From Phoronis australis (lineage: Eukaryota > Animalia > Phoronida): a stretch of 64,000 nucleotides of DNA. Of the stretch, positions 11,692 to 24,065 are shown piece by piece. The position numbers and the translations under genes are program-made. The stretch is taken from positions 310,001 to 374,000 of the forward strand of contig NMRA01000144.1 in assembly GCA_002633005.1 (NCBI GenBank). The letters are read 5' to 3'. The first letter of the stretch is position 1. Each line of letters starts with the position of its first letter. The notes under the pieces were generated by a model. The model worked only from the letters and a program-made list of their open reading frames with translations. It did not search any database and had not been told where the DNA came from.

Positions 11692-12985
11692 ACAAGAGCA
11701 ACGCGAAGCGTTGAAATGCGCCCACGAATGCATTGCAAATGGTGTGCTTCTAGGGTTATTTATTTGTATCATACAAATGGCCTATATGGCGCAAAAACAT
11801 ACAATCCATCCGAAAACAGGAAATACCATATTTCATAAAAATCTGTCAAGGAACTTCAAAGAAACAACGGAAAATAGAATAAAATGAAATTGCCACTAGT
11901 GGGCACAGTGTCCGTTGGATCCGCCTGAAAGTCGTGATCATTGTCTGTTATCTTCATATAAATACACTTACTAAATTTATTAAAAATCCTGCAGTGGGCT
12001 TAGGAGATACAACTATGAGCGTAAAACAAAACTACCACTAGGGGGCGCAACAGTAGTCAGTCACCATCATCAAAGGTCGTCTTCACACTGAGAACATATA
12101 TGCCAGTTTTCAAATGATTTGGTTGATACAGGGGTGGACACCAAAAACAAGATTTGAAAACAGGAAAAATGGCCACTAGTGGTGCAAAATACCTCGATTC
12201 CATCCAAAAACAGAAAGATAAGCGTCATCACACTAATAGATTCCTATATTTAAAATTTCATGAAAATCTGTTGAGGACCTTTGACGTAAGAAAATAAAAT
12301 TGCCACTAGGGGGCACAGCAGTAATCAGATCTGTCCGAAAGTCGTCGTCATCCGTAGTCAACATCATATAAATACACTTGCTAAATTAAGTAAAGATCCT
12401 GCAAACGGTTTAGGAGATACAGCCATAGGCGCAAAAAAACAAAATTGCCACTGGGAGGCGCCACAGTTGTCGAAATTGTCGGAAAATCATCATCAACCGT
12501 GCTCTTCATAGTAACCATATACATGCCAATTTTCACAATCATCCTTTGAGCGGTTTGGTTGATAGAGGGGTGGACGCAAAAAACAGACTCGAAAACCGTA
12601 AAAATGGCCACTAGGTGGCGCAAACTACGTCGAATCCATCCGAAAACGGGAGCATAGCGTCAACTCACTAATAGGTGCCTACTTACCAAATTTCATGAAA
12701 ATTCGTTCAGGACTTTTGAAGGTACAAAGGTAAGCGAAAAAAATATAATTGCCACTAGGGGGCACACCGGTAGGCGGATCCATCCGACCGTTCGCTCATG
12801 CCGTCCCATTCATGAATGGAACGTGACAAATTTCATGAACGTATGTCAAAGGGTTTTGGAGAAAGAGCAGCGGACGCCGGACGCCGGACGCCTGACGGAC
12901 GCCACCCGGACGGACGGACGGACGTTCGGACGGACGGACGGAGATAAGGGCATAATGCGTCCACATATAAATATGTGGGCGCATA
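11692..12985. mobile_element. Non-autonomous Helentron/HINE (DINE-1-like) element with central tandem repeats
   Basis: Subterminal inverted repeat atgcgcccac (11716)/gtgggcgcat (12975), terminal hairpin 12955-12984, (GGAC)n microsatellite 12870-12942 and ~140-bp tandem units. It sits in an A-run without TSD, and removal restores the pol reading ICSKKNGKPRRTVD. Confidence 0.8.
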
Positions 12986-13356
12986 AAAATGGAAAACCTC
13001 GACGCACAGTTGACATGCATGCTTTAAACGCCCATGCAATCACCCTTTCACCTCACGAGGTCCGTTCCCCGCAACACCAAAAAGTCGGTATGTGACGCCT
13101 GGAATGGCTATCACAGTGTTCCTCAACATGACGAAGACCGACACCACACCAAATTTATCACACCTTGAGGGCGGTATCAACACTGTTTCCCAAGGGTTAC
13201 ATCGCTTCTGGAGATGCGTATACCCGTCGTTTTGACGACATCATAGCCCACATTGCTAAAAAGGTTAAATGCGGACGATACCCTCCTTTGGTCCGATTCG
13301 ATAGAGGCAAGCTTCCACCAAATGAACATGTTTCTGGAGAATTGTGGAAATAACGG

Positions 13357-13573
13357 TGTTATGTAGGTGGTAACACAGTAAATTGGTATAACACGTATAT
13401 TGCTTGTTGGAAGATGATAACTACATATAATACGGAAATACTAGTAAATAGGTCTATACACTACGGAGTCCTTTGCCACACTGACTGTGGAATGTAAGTG
13501 AGTCATATCTGAGACTCGTGGCTTCATTGTTCGTGGTTGGCACACCTTCTAATGGTGTGTGGTCGGCACACCA
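13357..13573. mobile_element. Solo LTR (217 bp) nested in the gypsy RT
   Basis: TG...CA ends with a perfect 5-bp TSD AACGG (13352-13356 and 13574-13578). Removal restores CGNNGITLKTEKF. Confidence 0.8.
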
Positions 13574-16500
13574 AACGGTATCACCCTGAAGACTGAAAAA
13601 TTCACCTTTGAAAATGACTGAGTGGAATTTGCGGGGTTTCACATAACCACCATCACCGTCAGACCCAGTCAAAAGTATTTGCGGGCTATCCAAAAATTCC
13701 CTATACCGAAGTCCCTTACAGACGTTCGGTCATGGTTCGGTTGGTCAATCAAGTTGCATACGCCTTCTCCATGGCTGCAACAATGGCGCCTTTTCGCGAA
13801 CTGCTAAAACCTTGCAAAAGCTTCTACTTGGACGACACTCTAGCCAAACTGTTTAACACATCCAAATCAAAAATCATTGAACCGGTCTGCCTCGGTGTAC
13901 AAATCTTTGACAAGACTAAACCCACCTGTATCATCACCGACTTGTCTAAAAACGGGATAGGGTTCTGGCTAATGCAAAAACAATGCGACTGCACGGTGGC
14001 ACCCTCAAAGACCCTCTTCTGTCGACCCGTGGGAGCCGGTTCACACATCCAGCAGAATCGCGATATTCCCTCGTCTAGGGTGAAGCCCTAGCTGTTGCAG
14101 ACCCCCTCGATCGTACCAGTTTTTTGTCTTAGACTGCAAGCAACTTATTGTTGCTGTCGATCATAAACCACTCCTTGGAATATTTGAGCCCCGGCCACTA
14201 GGCGACATCAGCAGCCCTCGCCTAGGCAATCTGAAGGAAAATACTTTGTGATATCAATTCAAACTCCTTCACATTCGTGGACCTAAGAATAAAGCATCAG
14301 ACACCATGTCACGTTCGCCATCTGGAGCAACAAACCCGGACAAATTCCATCTCAAGGACGACGTCAGTGCCATCACTCCGGCGTGCTCCAACCATTAGCA
14401 GCACTAAGCTAACACCCAGAACATTCGAGAACGCGCCTAGACCATACACTGGAGCACACTGCTTCAACAAATTGGACAAATTGCCGTCAGTTACATTCCA
14501 CAGTGTGTGTCTACAACCAGTGATCCCACGTTAACGGAACTGGTCCGCATGCTTGAAGCAGGTGAACTGCCCGAATCGTACTAACATTGGCCTGATGACT
14601 TGCGTCAATTCCATCAATTCCGAGACCACCTCTTCACACTGACGGCGTCATAATGTATAAGCAAATAGTAGTAGTCCCTCCACCGCTGCGTGACAAATGC
14701 CTCCAAGTACTACACGCCGCCCATCAAGGAGTATCGAAGATGACAGCTCGTGCTGAGTCATCGGTATTCTGGCCAGGTATGACATTACACATACCAGTAT
14801 CCGCTGTGAACACAGCGATCGCATAGCTTCGTCCCAGCCCCATGCACCAGCCGCTCCTCGTATGGAGCCCTCATATTCATTGCAGTGCATCTGCGCTGAC
14901 TACTTCCAGTACAAAGGCGTACATTATCTCGTTATAGTTGACAGATACTCGAACTGGCCAATTTTGGAGCACGCTATCAACGGTGCAAACGGCCTTGTAA
15001 CCTGCCTCCGACAGACGTTCGCCACGTACAGCATTGCAGACCAGTTGAGTTCCGATGGCGGATCTGAGTTCACTGCACGGGCATTTCTTCAACAATGGGG
15101 TGTAGACCACAGACTATCCTCTACAGCATTTCCACATAGTAAATGTCGCGCGCAAAATGCAGTCTAAACTACAGAGCGCCTCATCATGGACAACACAGGT
15201 CATAATGGCACTCTCGACAACAATGTATTCCAGCGAGCAATACTGCAATAACGCAACTCCAATGATCCGTCAACAAAACTATCTCCAGCACAATGCGTAT
15301 TCGGCCGACCAATCAAGAGATTTCATCCCTGTACGACCGGGTCGATATCTTCCGCATCCCACATGGTGATCCACTCTGAGGGCAAGAGAGGAGGCTCTTC
15401 GGAGTCGGCACATGCAGGACGCTGGTCAGAAAGTACACGTCGCCTACTACGTCTGAAAGTGGGGGACATTGTCCGAATCCAAAATCAAACGGGCAACCAC
15501 CCAAATAAATGGGATAAAACAGAGAATGTTGTTGGAGTACGGAGTTTGACCAATACGTCGTTCGCGTAGACGGATCTGGCATGATAACCACATGCAACAG
15601 GAAATTCCTACGCTTGTACGCACCTGTTCAAATTTGGACGCCTCGCTGTACTATACTTGATGACGTGACTTACGCCATTCTCCCACCACTTAATAAGTGT
15701 CCAGAAGAGAAAAACAGGGATGCAGCCCCTACGACCTTTCCAGCCACCACAAAAACCACCAGTAGCCCACCGGGCATAAATCAACCTGAGACTGCGCAAC
15801 CAGTGCCCTTGCCAGCAACGTTACCACTACAGGATGATCCACCACCAGAACTTCAGATTCCATCATCAACACTACATACAACAGAACCACTACATGCAAC
15901 AGAACCACTACCGGTAAGACGCTCTCAACGTAAGCGTAACCGTCACATATGGTTCAAAGACTATGAAAAATAGATATTTATCAGTCCCAGTATATATACA
16001 TGTAGTTGTTTAAGCAAACTCATCTTTGGGACTTGGGGGAGATAGCGAATAAGCTCTGTAGGTGGCACTACGCGTGGTTACTAATACGCTATATAATTTA
16101 TTTACAAATGTCAAGTCTACTTCCTCTGCGGCTAAATGCCGGTAAAATTTCCACGTTACTAGCCGCATGAGCACCATTATTTGTATTCTTCCCTCTTAAC
16201 TTTATTCTCTTTACTTTATGAATTGCATTTGCCGGTATTTATACTTCCCTTATTGTTTCAGACGATGTTCATTCGTCTTGCTTGTTCAGCTGAATAAAAC
16301 GCGTTTAAATACTTGCAAGTTATAGGCCAACTTTACGTAGGGTCGTTCTACAATTTGACCTCACTGAAATGTCTCTGTTGTAGGTCCACTTGTAAAACTG
16401 ATTGTTTGTATCCGGCAACTGCGTTTTGATAGATGGAATACGCTTAGTTTCCCGGGAAGCACACCACTATTTGGCAACTGAAAAATTGGTATAGCCTCCC

Positions 16501-17061
16501 ATTTTTGTTGGGATCCTCCATAAAAATCGCCCTTTCGTAGAGGTTCTCCATCGATTCCCCGATGATGGGTACACGTAATTAACCACCCAGTTTTAAACGT
16601 AAATTAGTGTGACCTTTAAGAAACATAATTTGTTGCGTAAAATACGTGTTAGAGCTTCAAAAAACATTTTCATCAAAAACCATTCACACACCAATCGTAA
16701 ACTAACGACAAACAAACCTAACATCTCCTAGCAAATTTGTGAGAAGATGGCCACCGGAGCAGCCCTGTGTCCTAGCGACGACACTAATGTGCAAGTCCCT
16801 AATGGACAAAAAGTAGTTTGCAAAATGTAACAAGTTAACGGGTTTGGGAGATGCGTTTATCGGACATTTAACTATCCCACTGGTGGGTCTAAGATGTAGT
16901 AAAGAGGTGAGGTAACCACACTTTTGTACGTACATGTATTAAATCCCTTGCGAACACGACTATTAGTGATGAAAACTGCCTAGAATACTGATGGTGGCTA
17001 TAAACAATTTAGAGGTGCGATGGTTTCGTTTCTCGGTGTGCAATCTGTAAGGAAAACTTAC

Positions 17062-19716
17062 CTGCCCTTTTAAGCCTATGTAAACCAAGATGTAGCGCTT
17101 CTGGAAAGCTGTTACTCTCCAATAAGAAGCCAACATTTTCTTTAAGAATGTCAGCTCGTTTTCGTCAGGTATGCTCACTAACTGGGCCCCATCTTTTTGG
17201 CATTTTCTTTGCGCGTGCCCCCATGTGCCTGGCTCGACCGTTCTAAACTGCTGCAAGGAATAGCATCCTCTGTCACTCAGAAAGTAGTCTTTGTTTGGGC
17301 AATATGTTGGCGAAACTCTGACAAAAGGCGCTTCTATTTCAACAAGCTCAAATTGAAGCGAAAACCAGTCCTTCCTATCAATCTGAATCTCTACGAAGTC
17401 ACTGCTTACGGTGTAGATAATATTCATGTCACTGTATTTTCTGTCTATCAGATACGATTTTTCTGAGTATTTATTTCCACATGGGATTTCGAAGATTTTC
17501 TCTTTCACTGACGGAGCCCTGATGTGCGCACCACCCGAAGCGAAGCGCAGTTTGTATTGGGAAAATGTGTCAGTCCTGTTTGACTGGCAGTTTTGGTCTT
17601 TGCGGGACAGCAGCAACTGACATTTACCGGCACTCTCGGTGGAATGTCTGAGTAGTGAAAAAGTGCCACACGTACGCGATATTACACCGGTCTCTTTATC
17701 GTTGCATTCGAATTCCACGCAATGCTCTGAAAGAGGATTGAAAACATTTTGAACATTGAAAACTAGTTGAGTAGTTTGGAGCGCTCCTGGACACGACGAT
17801 ATAATCTCTGGTAATTTTTGCAATCGTTGATAGTTACAAACAGGTAACAGGGGCGACGGTTGCGTGTACACTTGAAGACAGCCCGTTTTGACTTCACAGT
17901 TATATCCCCTTGACTCCTTTGTTTGCAGTTGCGCAGGGTGCGTCAAGTTTGCGACCGGAAAAGTTCTTTGGATGGTTCCATCGCTTAACTGCTGAGGAAA
18001 GTCGAGCAAAACAAAGCAGGAACGGCGAGATAAGTCGACGGCGTTGGGTGAATCGGAGTACACGGGAATGCAATCTGTTTCAGACACGAATGCCCTGATG
18101 TTAATGTTTTCTTCAGTAATCTTATTGACGTAAAATACAACTGTCATGTACTCTTGGGTGCTGAAAATTGTGATTGGATCAAAAGGTCTACAGAATGGAC
18201 CACGACGTTTATATTGGTTGTCTGGGGCGTCGCCGTCGTAAACCGCATATCCAGCAGTATTGCAATCATTGTCTATGTACGGCATTTTATCAATTGTGAG
18301 CTTAACGAAGTTTCGTTGGTTTGACGCTCGAAAAACCCACGCACAGTTTACGATTTGTCTTGTTACGGTAAGAACTAATTCCGTATACAGCTTTGTCACC
18401 ACGACTTGTCTGTTCACGGGTGATTTGCACTCGCTAGGCAATACATCTAAGCGATAACGTGACTTATAATTGATGAGCTGGTTAACGTGAACCGCAGGTA
18501 AGAGTGTCATACGTATCGTTAAGGAAGACGCCCTGAAATGTCGGTCACCTGCTGTAACGTCGGAAAGTAATAAAAGGTCTTCATTCTCATGTGATACCAA
18601 ATTGGTCCCGCCATAAATTTTCAACTCGAATCCTGTTCCATTACTCTCATTTCTGGATTCTGAATATGCCGTAGCGTTCCAAGATATATCGATATCGTGA
18701 CCGATTGGAACAGAAAGTTCCCACACAAATATCCTGTTTTCATCCAGTTCAAAAGATGGAAAACAACTTTTTCCAGTGGAGCACGCGATGGTTCCCGCGG
18801 GTTTTTCCGGAAATTTGACAACCCCTGTGATTGTTTTCAATGTTTTGCTCTTAGCAGTGGTGTTATATAGTATTTCAAACCCACCAGCAGTCAGAGTGGT
18901 GTCGCTTTCAAACACCACAAACACTTGATATGATTGCGGGTATAGCACGATGTCGTTGAAGAGTCCACAATACCTTCCCAACACTGGGGCGTTTTCAGAT
19001 GGTCCGTTAAAAAGTATTAGCTTGTCGTATTCACAGTTAACGCCGGAGTATTCCAGAGTCACGTCTTTAATAGTTATCATCATTTGCGTCCCCTTCTCAA
19101 CTTCTAACAGCGCAGTGCAGAAGGTAAGTGGACTATAACCGGATTCTATCGTAGTTTTGAACAGGCCAGAATTATCCCCTTTCTCGTGGGAGCAGTATTT
19201 GGCCCGTTGCGCTTCGTGAACTCCACGGTATCCAACAAACAGCCGTGCTTTGGCAGAAGCGAGGTGTCGAAAAATTATTTTCACAGCGCTGGCGTTCAAT
19301 AGCCACACACGTTCATTCAAGTCCTGAACAGAGCCACATATCAGGTAATCGGATTTTGTTTTCACCGGCACTGACGATGATATAAAATAGTTATTTTTTG
19401 GACTGTCTAGTAGCTCAATTTTCACGTAAGGTCCCGCGTCAGAGTCACAAGGACCTTTTTCTGAGGCAAAAAAATCAATGAAAAGCAACTCTATCCGTCT
19501 TCCAGCTCCAGGTTTTAAGCGGATTGTCCACTCTTGCTGAATTCCCTGTAAGCTTTGGTTAAAAACCGCGCCAACTGATATATTGCCTGAAAAGTCCTCG
19601 GTTTTTGGTGGTCCGATAGATTCTGGGCCGCCACCACATCGTGTCTTTTGCATACACGCGAAGAAGAATTGAAACTCAACAAATAATTCGATGATTCTTC
19701 TAGGCGCGTAGTTCAT
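17062..19716 (-). CDS. Gene A coding exon 1 of 3: signal peptide, CUB-like domains and N-half of C-type lectin domain 1 of a giant GRL101-like LGR GPCR
   Basis: ATG at 19716 is followed by a hydrophobic signal-like segment (IIELFVEFQFFFAC). CUB motifs include CEYDKLILFNGPS..LGRYCG..VVFESD....GGF and CAWVF..GYAVYDG..GPFC. CTL start is CP..YF..GCYS..TWGHAQRKCQKDGAQLVSI..YIGL. Donor CAG|GTAAGT at 17062/17061 is phase 0 and the paralog has the same site. Confidence 0.88.
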
Positions 19717-21071
19717 GGTGGTTGAGTAAAACGTACTTGTAGCTGAAACAGAGTAGCAGTGGTTGTGTTAAGTGGTAATTTTTTATCACAGGTATCTCTT
19801 TATAATGCGCTAGAAGTATATAACACAGGGCCATTATGGATTTATAAGTCATTTCAACAGGATAAAAGGAAGACAGTAACACAAGGTATGCACATACGAG
19901 GATTGAATGCTCAATTCTGTCCAGCCCGATCGTAATCGGTGGAAGAACAAAGTGTCAACGAAAACCGCATTAAATTTCATGCATAAATAACGCGTTAAAC
20001 AAAATTCATGTTCAGTTTAGAAACTCTTTTCATTAAAGTGATAAAATTTCTCGTATGTAAAACTTAATATACGCTCTCCAAATTTTAGAGTGGAAATTGG
20101 ACACTCATACAAAAAATGAAATTCAGTTTCCACCTGTCTGTTTGACATAATATACAAACTATTTGGTCGACAACAATAGAACGAAGTCTGAAAACTTCAG
20201 TCATAAGCTGCAGTGTTCCAAACTATGTTCAGCTAAATAAGATCGTCTTTGGGTCCTAGTCTTCGGCTGCGGTTCGCGTTAATCACGGCAAACGGACTAG
20301 AGTATCTTGCACAAGTAGCATTTATAATCATTCTGCAAAACGGGTACGAGTTGTAATGTTCTCTACTGAAAATAAAATGCATTCCAAAATAGGTGACTGT
20401 GGCACTCCGCCAATGTTTGGGCTCATACCAAAAACATCGGTTAATCCTTCAAATGGTAGAACGACCACGACCCATAGAGTTAATATCCGTCCGTGGAGTA
20501 TGAGTGGTTACATGTAAGCGGACTACTCGTATCTAACTTGGTCACAGCGCTAATACGCCTATTAGTTTCTGAAAGCATGTCATTGGTATTTTTGTCGCGA
20601 GCACGAGTCTATCAACGGTAGACCCGTCTTCTGCCGCGGATGCCAGCAAATGTTGACCCTTCTCTAAATCGAGGTACATGTAAGCATCTTGAGCTCAGCA
20701 AACACTGCTTGGTGGTAGGGCTTCAGAAATTATAAGCTCTGATTCCCGGAAGTGTTGACATTGAAAAACATTTTCGACGTCTCCGAAGCATGCTGATGGA
20801 CACGTTCGGTTTCTTAGCAAGTGTAAAAACCGTTTATTTCTCCTTTTAGTCTATGAAAAGCACAGGAAGTGATCCAAGCGGTGATTAATGGTTTTGTGAG
20901 CATAATGTTACGGAACATTGATTATCCATACGATTACGGAAACTCGTGTCAGAATTCAAGATGTATGTCCGGTGATACAAGGTGTTTCGCCGCATATCGT
21001 AAAAAGTTTGTTTCACGTTTCCATCGTTTTTGTCGTTAAGTGAAAAACAACTGCATATGCAGCGTCACGAA

Positions 21072-23297
21072 CATAGGCATTTTAATACTATAGACCAGAC
21101 GAACGCGCTACTGTAGCTGACAACTTGACGCCATATTGGAAAGTGTTTCTAGTCACGTGACACGGTTAATCGCCATGTAAACAAACTGGGCAAATTGCCC
21201 TTTTCAAAGCGCGATATCTAACTCATAAAGAGGCGGAAGAGTGTGATTTTTTCAGAAACATAAAAAGCATGTGATGCAGCAGTTACATGCGTTTTTTAAG
21301 AGTCACTCAGTCATTAGAGAGATTATCAAACTAATAGAAGTTTGAAACCACTGGCAGATTCCCTTGTGGCCTGTGCGGCTGCACACTTGTGAATCCACTG
21401 TGAGCGATTTTTTTTAAGAGAAACCAGTAAGATCGCGCAAATTTATCTTTTAGTTTGTGTCTCTCGAAGCAAATACAGCATATCCAGGAGTATACAGGGA
21501 CGTGCCGCTCACGCGGTTGGTACGTACTGTCGTGGTGCCTCAATAAGCCTTTTCAGTACTGAAAAATGACGCTTTTAATGGGGTCTAAATTTAATGTGAA
21601 CTACTGTGGAAATGACCCCACTGGGGTCATATAAATAAATGAAAGGTTTTTAAGGTTCAGTAAAAAGCAAAGAACACAGACTTCCTTTGCTGCGCATCGC
21701 TTGGCATTTCCAACGTACAAATATTCTCTCACGCACGGTATTCCTCTCTCACGGATCTGAAGAACCAGCTAGGCAATTTTCGGCGTGTTGTAGTATCCCC
21801 ACACAGTGTAATTATTTGTTCTCAAAGAGAACAGCTACGCACCCACACATTATTTCGAACCGTTCCTTTCCATCCCCGGCCTTAATCTGATATACGTGCT
21901 GCACGTCCCTGAGCCGAGAAATTTAAAATTCTTCTCCCACGCAGGCTTGGCCTTCTGACGGTTTCAAATTTGACTTTTATAGTAAGAAAACTTGGGTGTG
22001 ATCGGAAGATTCTTAACACGTGGCCAAGTATTTTGGGATTACTCTTCATGCAGCTAGTCAGATATTATATCCTGGCACGAGCAGTGTAAAAATAGCCAGT
22101 TACCGATTTGGGCAACTGAACGAAGGGCTGTTCGAAAAATAGTGATTGTTTTCGCTTCAGCCCAGCTCCTACACATCATACTCCTGGTGTACACGCAGTT
22201 CAGTATTTTCTCTCCGTAATTGCAGTTTACACTGAAAAAGCAAGGCATGTAGATTTTCCTTGCCGCGGGCGATTCATGTCACCCCCAGACATAAACATCC
22301 TCTTATCGAATATTGTTGAAAGATTGCCTATTGCGGGTATCATGTCGGCTTATCCCAATCCTCTGTTGAGGGGGAACCGTTAAATATTGGCGGGACAGGT
22401 TTCCGCGGACTTCAGAAGACATTTTTTCACGGGTTGAAAATTCTTCACATTAAATTTAGACCTTGTGAAAAAACTTACCGGGGTCATTTTTTCACGCCGT
22501 CATGATTTAATGCTATACAGGCTCGGTTGGGTATATTTCCACTTGGTTTCGAGTGGGAAATTCTGTATTTTGGGTATGGGTCTGGTGCGCAATTCAGTCG
22601 CACAGGTTTGATATTTTGGTTACTATGCACTTTACTTTTTTGCTCAAATTTTGAGTCATAAAACAAAGAGCAGTGCAAATGTATAGAATTTCCAATGTCA
22701 ACTTCGACATAAGTATAGATTTTGGATTTGTTTGTTTTGATTCAATAGAAAATATCTGATTTTAGAATACATATTAGGAAATGAGTTTTTAAAGTAACTA
22801 ATATATATTTCACTAAAGAATACATTATTCACTTAGATGTACTGATTTAGATGGCTGGCGGGTAAGTTCGGGCATGCAGATGTTGTTTCTCAGTACAAGT
22901 AAAAACATATGTGATTGTCATTAAAACCAAACATTTACTTAAGTTAAATTATTGAATAACAGCATATGGTGGTCAAAAATTATTTTTAATTGATCTTATA
23001 TGGTCTCAAGTCACCAAGACTGAGGTTGAAACAACGCATGGTCGCTCCGCTTAATTATGATGGCAGAAACTAAAAAACCTAGTGGCAGCACGACTAAATT
23101 CCATTGCCGAACCAAAAAGTCCACGACTCAATGTCAGGACCAACTCTTTGGCTGCAGGATTTTCTTACTGGTTCCGTAGGGCTCTCAGTTTTCTCCGCCA
23201 TTTTTGCCCTGTGTAACACTTTCCAATACGGCATCATGTTGACACCGCGAGCTCCATATATCTGAGTGGCGCGCGCCCGGTCTATATGATGTCTATG
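21072..23297. mobile_element. Non-autonomous DNA transposon, P-element-like (CATAG ends, 8-bp TSD)
   Basis: Termini CATAG...CTATG, subterminal inverted repeat gccatattggaaagtgtt/aacactttccaatacggc, and a perfect 8-bp TSD GTCACGAA (21064-21071, 23298-23305). Confidence 0.75.
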
Positions 23298-23422
23298 GTC
23301 ACGAATGTTTTATGACTGCCTTGGTCATCACACTTTAGTTGAAGGAAAAGTTGTACCCTGGTAATTCATTTATCGACACAATGAAAAGAGCTTAGTCATC
23401 TGAGCACGATTAGTATCGTTTT

Positions 23423-23743
23423 CAGTGGCGGATCTACGGGGGGGTTCAGGGGGTTTAAACCCAACCTCGGGCCAGGACCCAAAATTAAAAAAAACGTCTC
23501 CAGCAAAACAAAAACGGCACCGCCAGTGTGTGTAAACCCCAAGTAAACCAACTTGGAAAGAAATGAGGGGGGGGAGTTCAGTCTGAAAATATGTTTTTTT
23601 GCATTGTGAATTGCTGTTATGAAAATCAACGCATTTCGAGTCTTCATGGCTCATCGGCAAAACCCCGGAGATCAAATGTGCGCGCGCTTCCGTCGCCACT
23701 TCTGAAGTAGACTAGCCAAGCATTTTAGATGGATCCCCCGCTG
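23423..23743. mobile_element. MITE with CAGTGGCGGATC termini (hAT-like); related ends at ~27818-27833 and ~52031
   Basis: Inverted ends cagtggcggatc / gatcccccgctg with G/C-run interior; the same terminus recurs elsewhere in the window. No TSD seen. Confidence 0.5.
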
Positions 23744-24065
23744 AAAGAGCAGCTCTATAGTTGATTTCTTTAGGTAACTAGTTTCTTTACTCTAAGATAT
23801 GTTTTGATTTGATTAGGGGAAATACTGTGGTGACGCAACCCTGATATTCAGGCTAATTGACGTGCAACGTTTTTACCTCATCTGCCATGCCGTGTCATCA
23901 TATTACACCCCACACGTTTGTAACTGGTGTATAGTAAAGTTGCCTTGTGCAGTATCATACAGTGTACATGTTCATGTAATACTTTTGAAAAAAAAACTCG
24001 TTTTCCGAAGAATTGCTATTGTGGCGGGCGCCGTGGTCTGGTCGCGAGTCTGTTTGAAGATCATG

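Larger units (their letters stand above)
10500..16042 (+). mobile_element. Decayed Ty3/gypsy (Mag-like) LTR retrotransposon gag-pol in gene A intron 1, with two nested insertions
   Basis: Double zinc knuckle (CTYCGQTGH.. / CEKCQLKNHFPGVC, ~10637-10765), protease IADTGCQS, RT (GKPRRTVD, PKGYIASGDAYTRRFDD), RNase H (TDLSKNGIGFWL), integrase (ICADYF..YLVIVDRYSNWP, SDGGSEF) and a PPT-like ttgggggaga at ~16033-16042. Many stops and frameshifts; LTRs not resolved. Confidence 0.92.

Noticed and set aside
11700-12800. Regularly spaced conserved motif resembling a CRISPR array
   Set aside because: Spacers are homologous to each other, the period is ~140 bp, the context is eukaryotic and there are no cas genes; it is a TE-internal tandem repeat.
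12796-13095. Cluster of overlapping short ORFs
   Set aside because: Produced by the stop-free (GGAC)n microsatellite; only the last part is gypsy RT.
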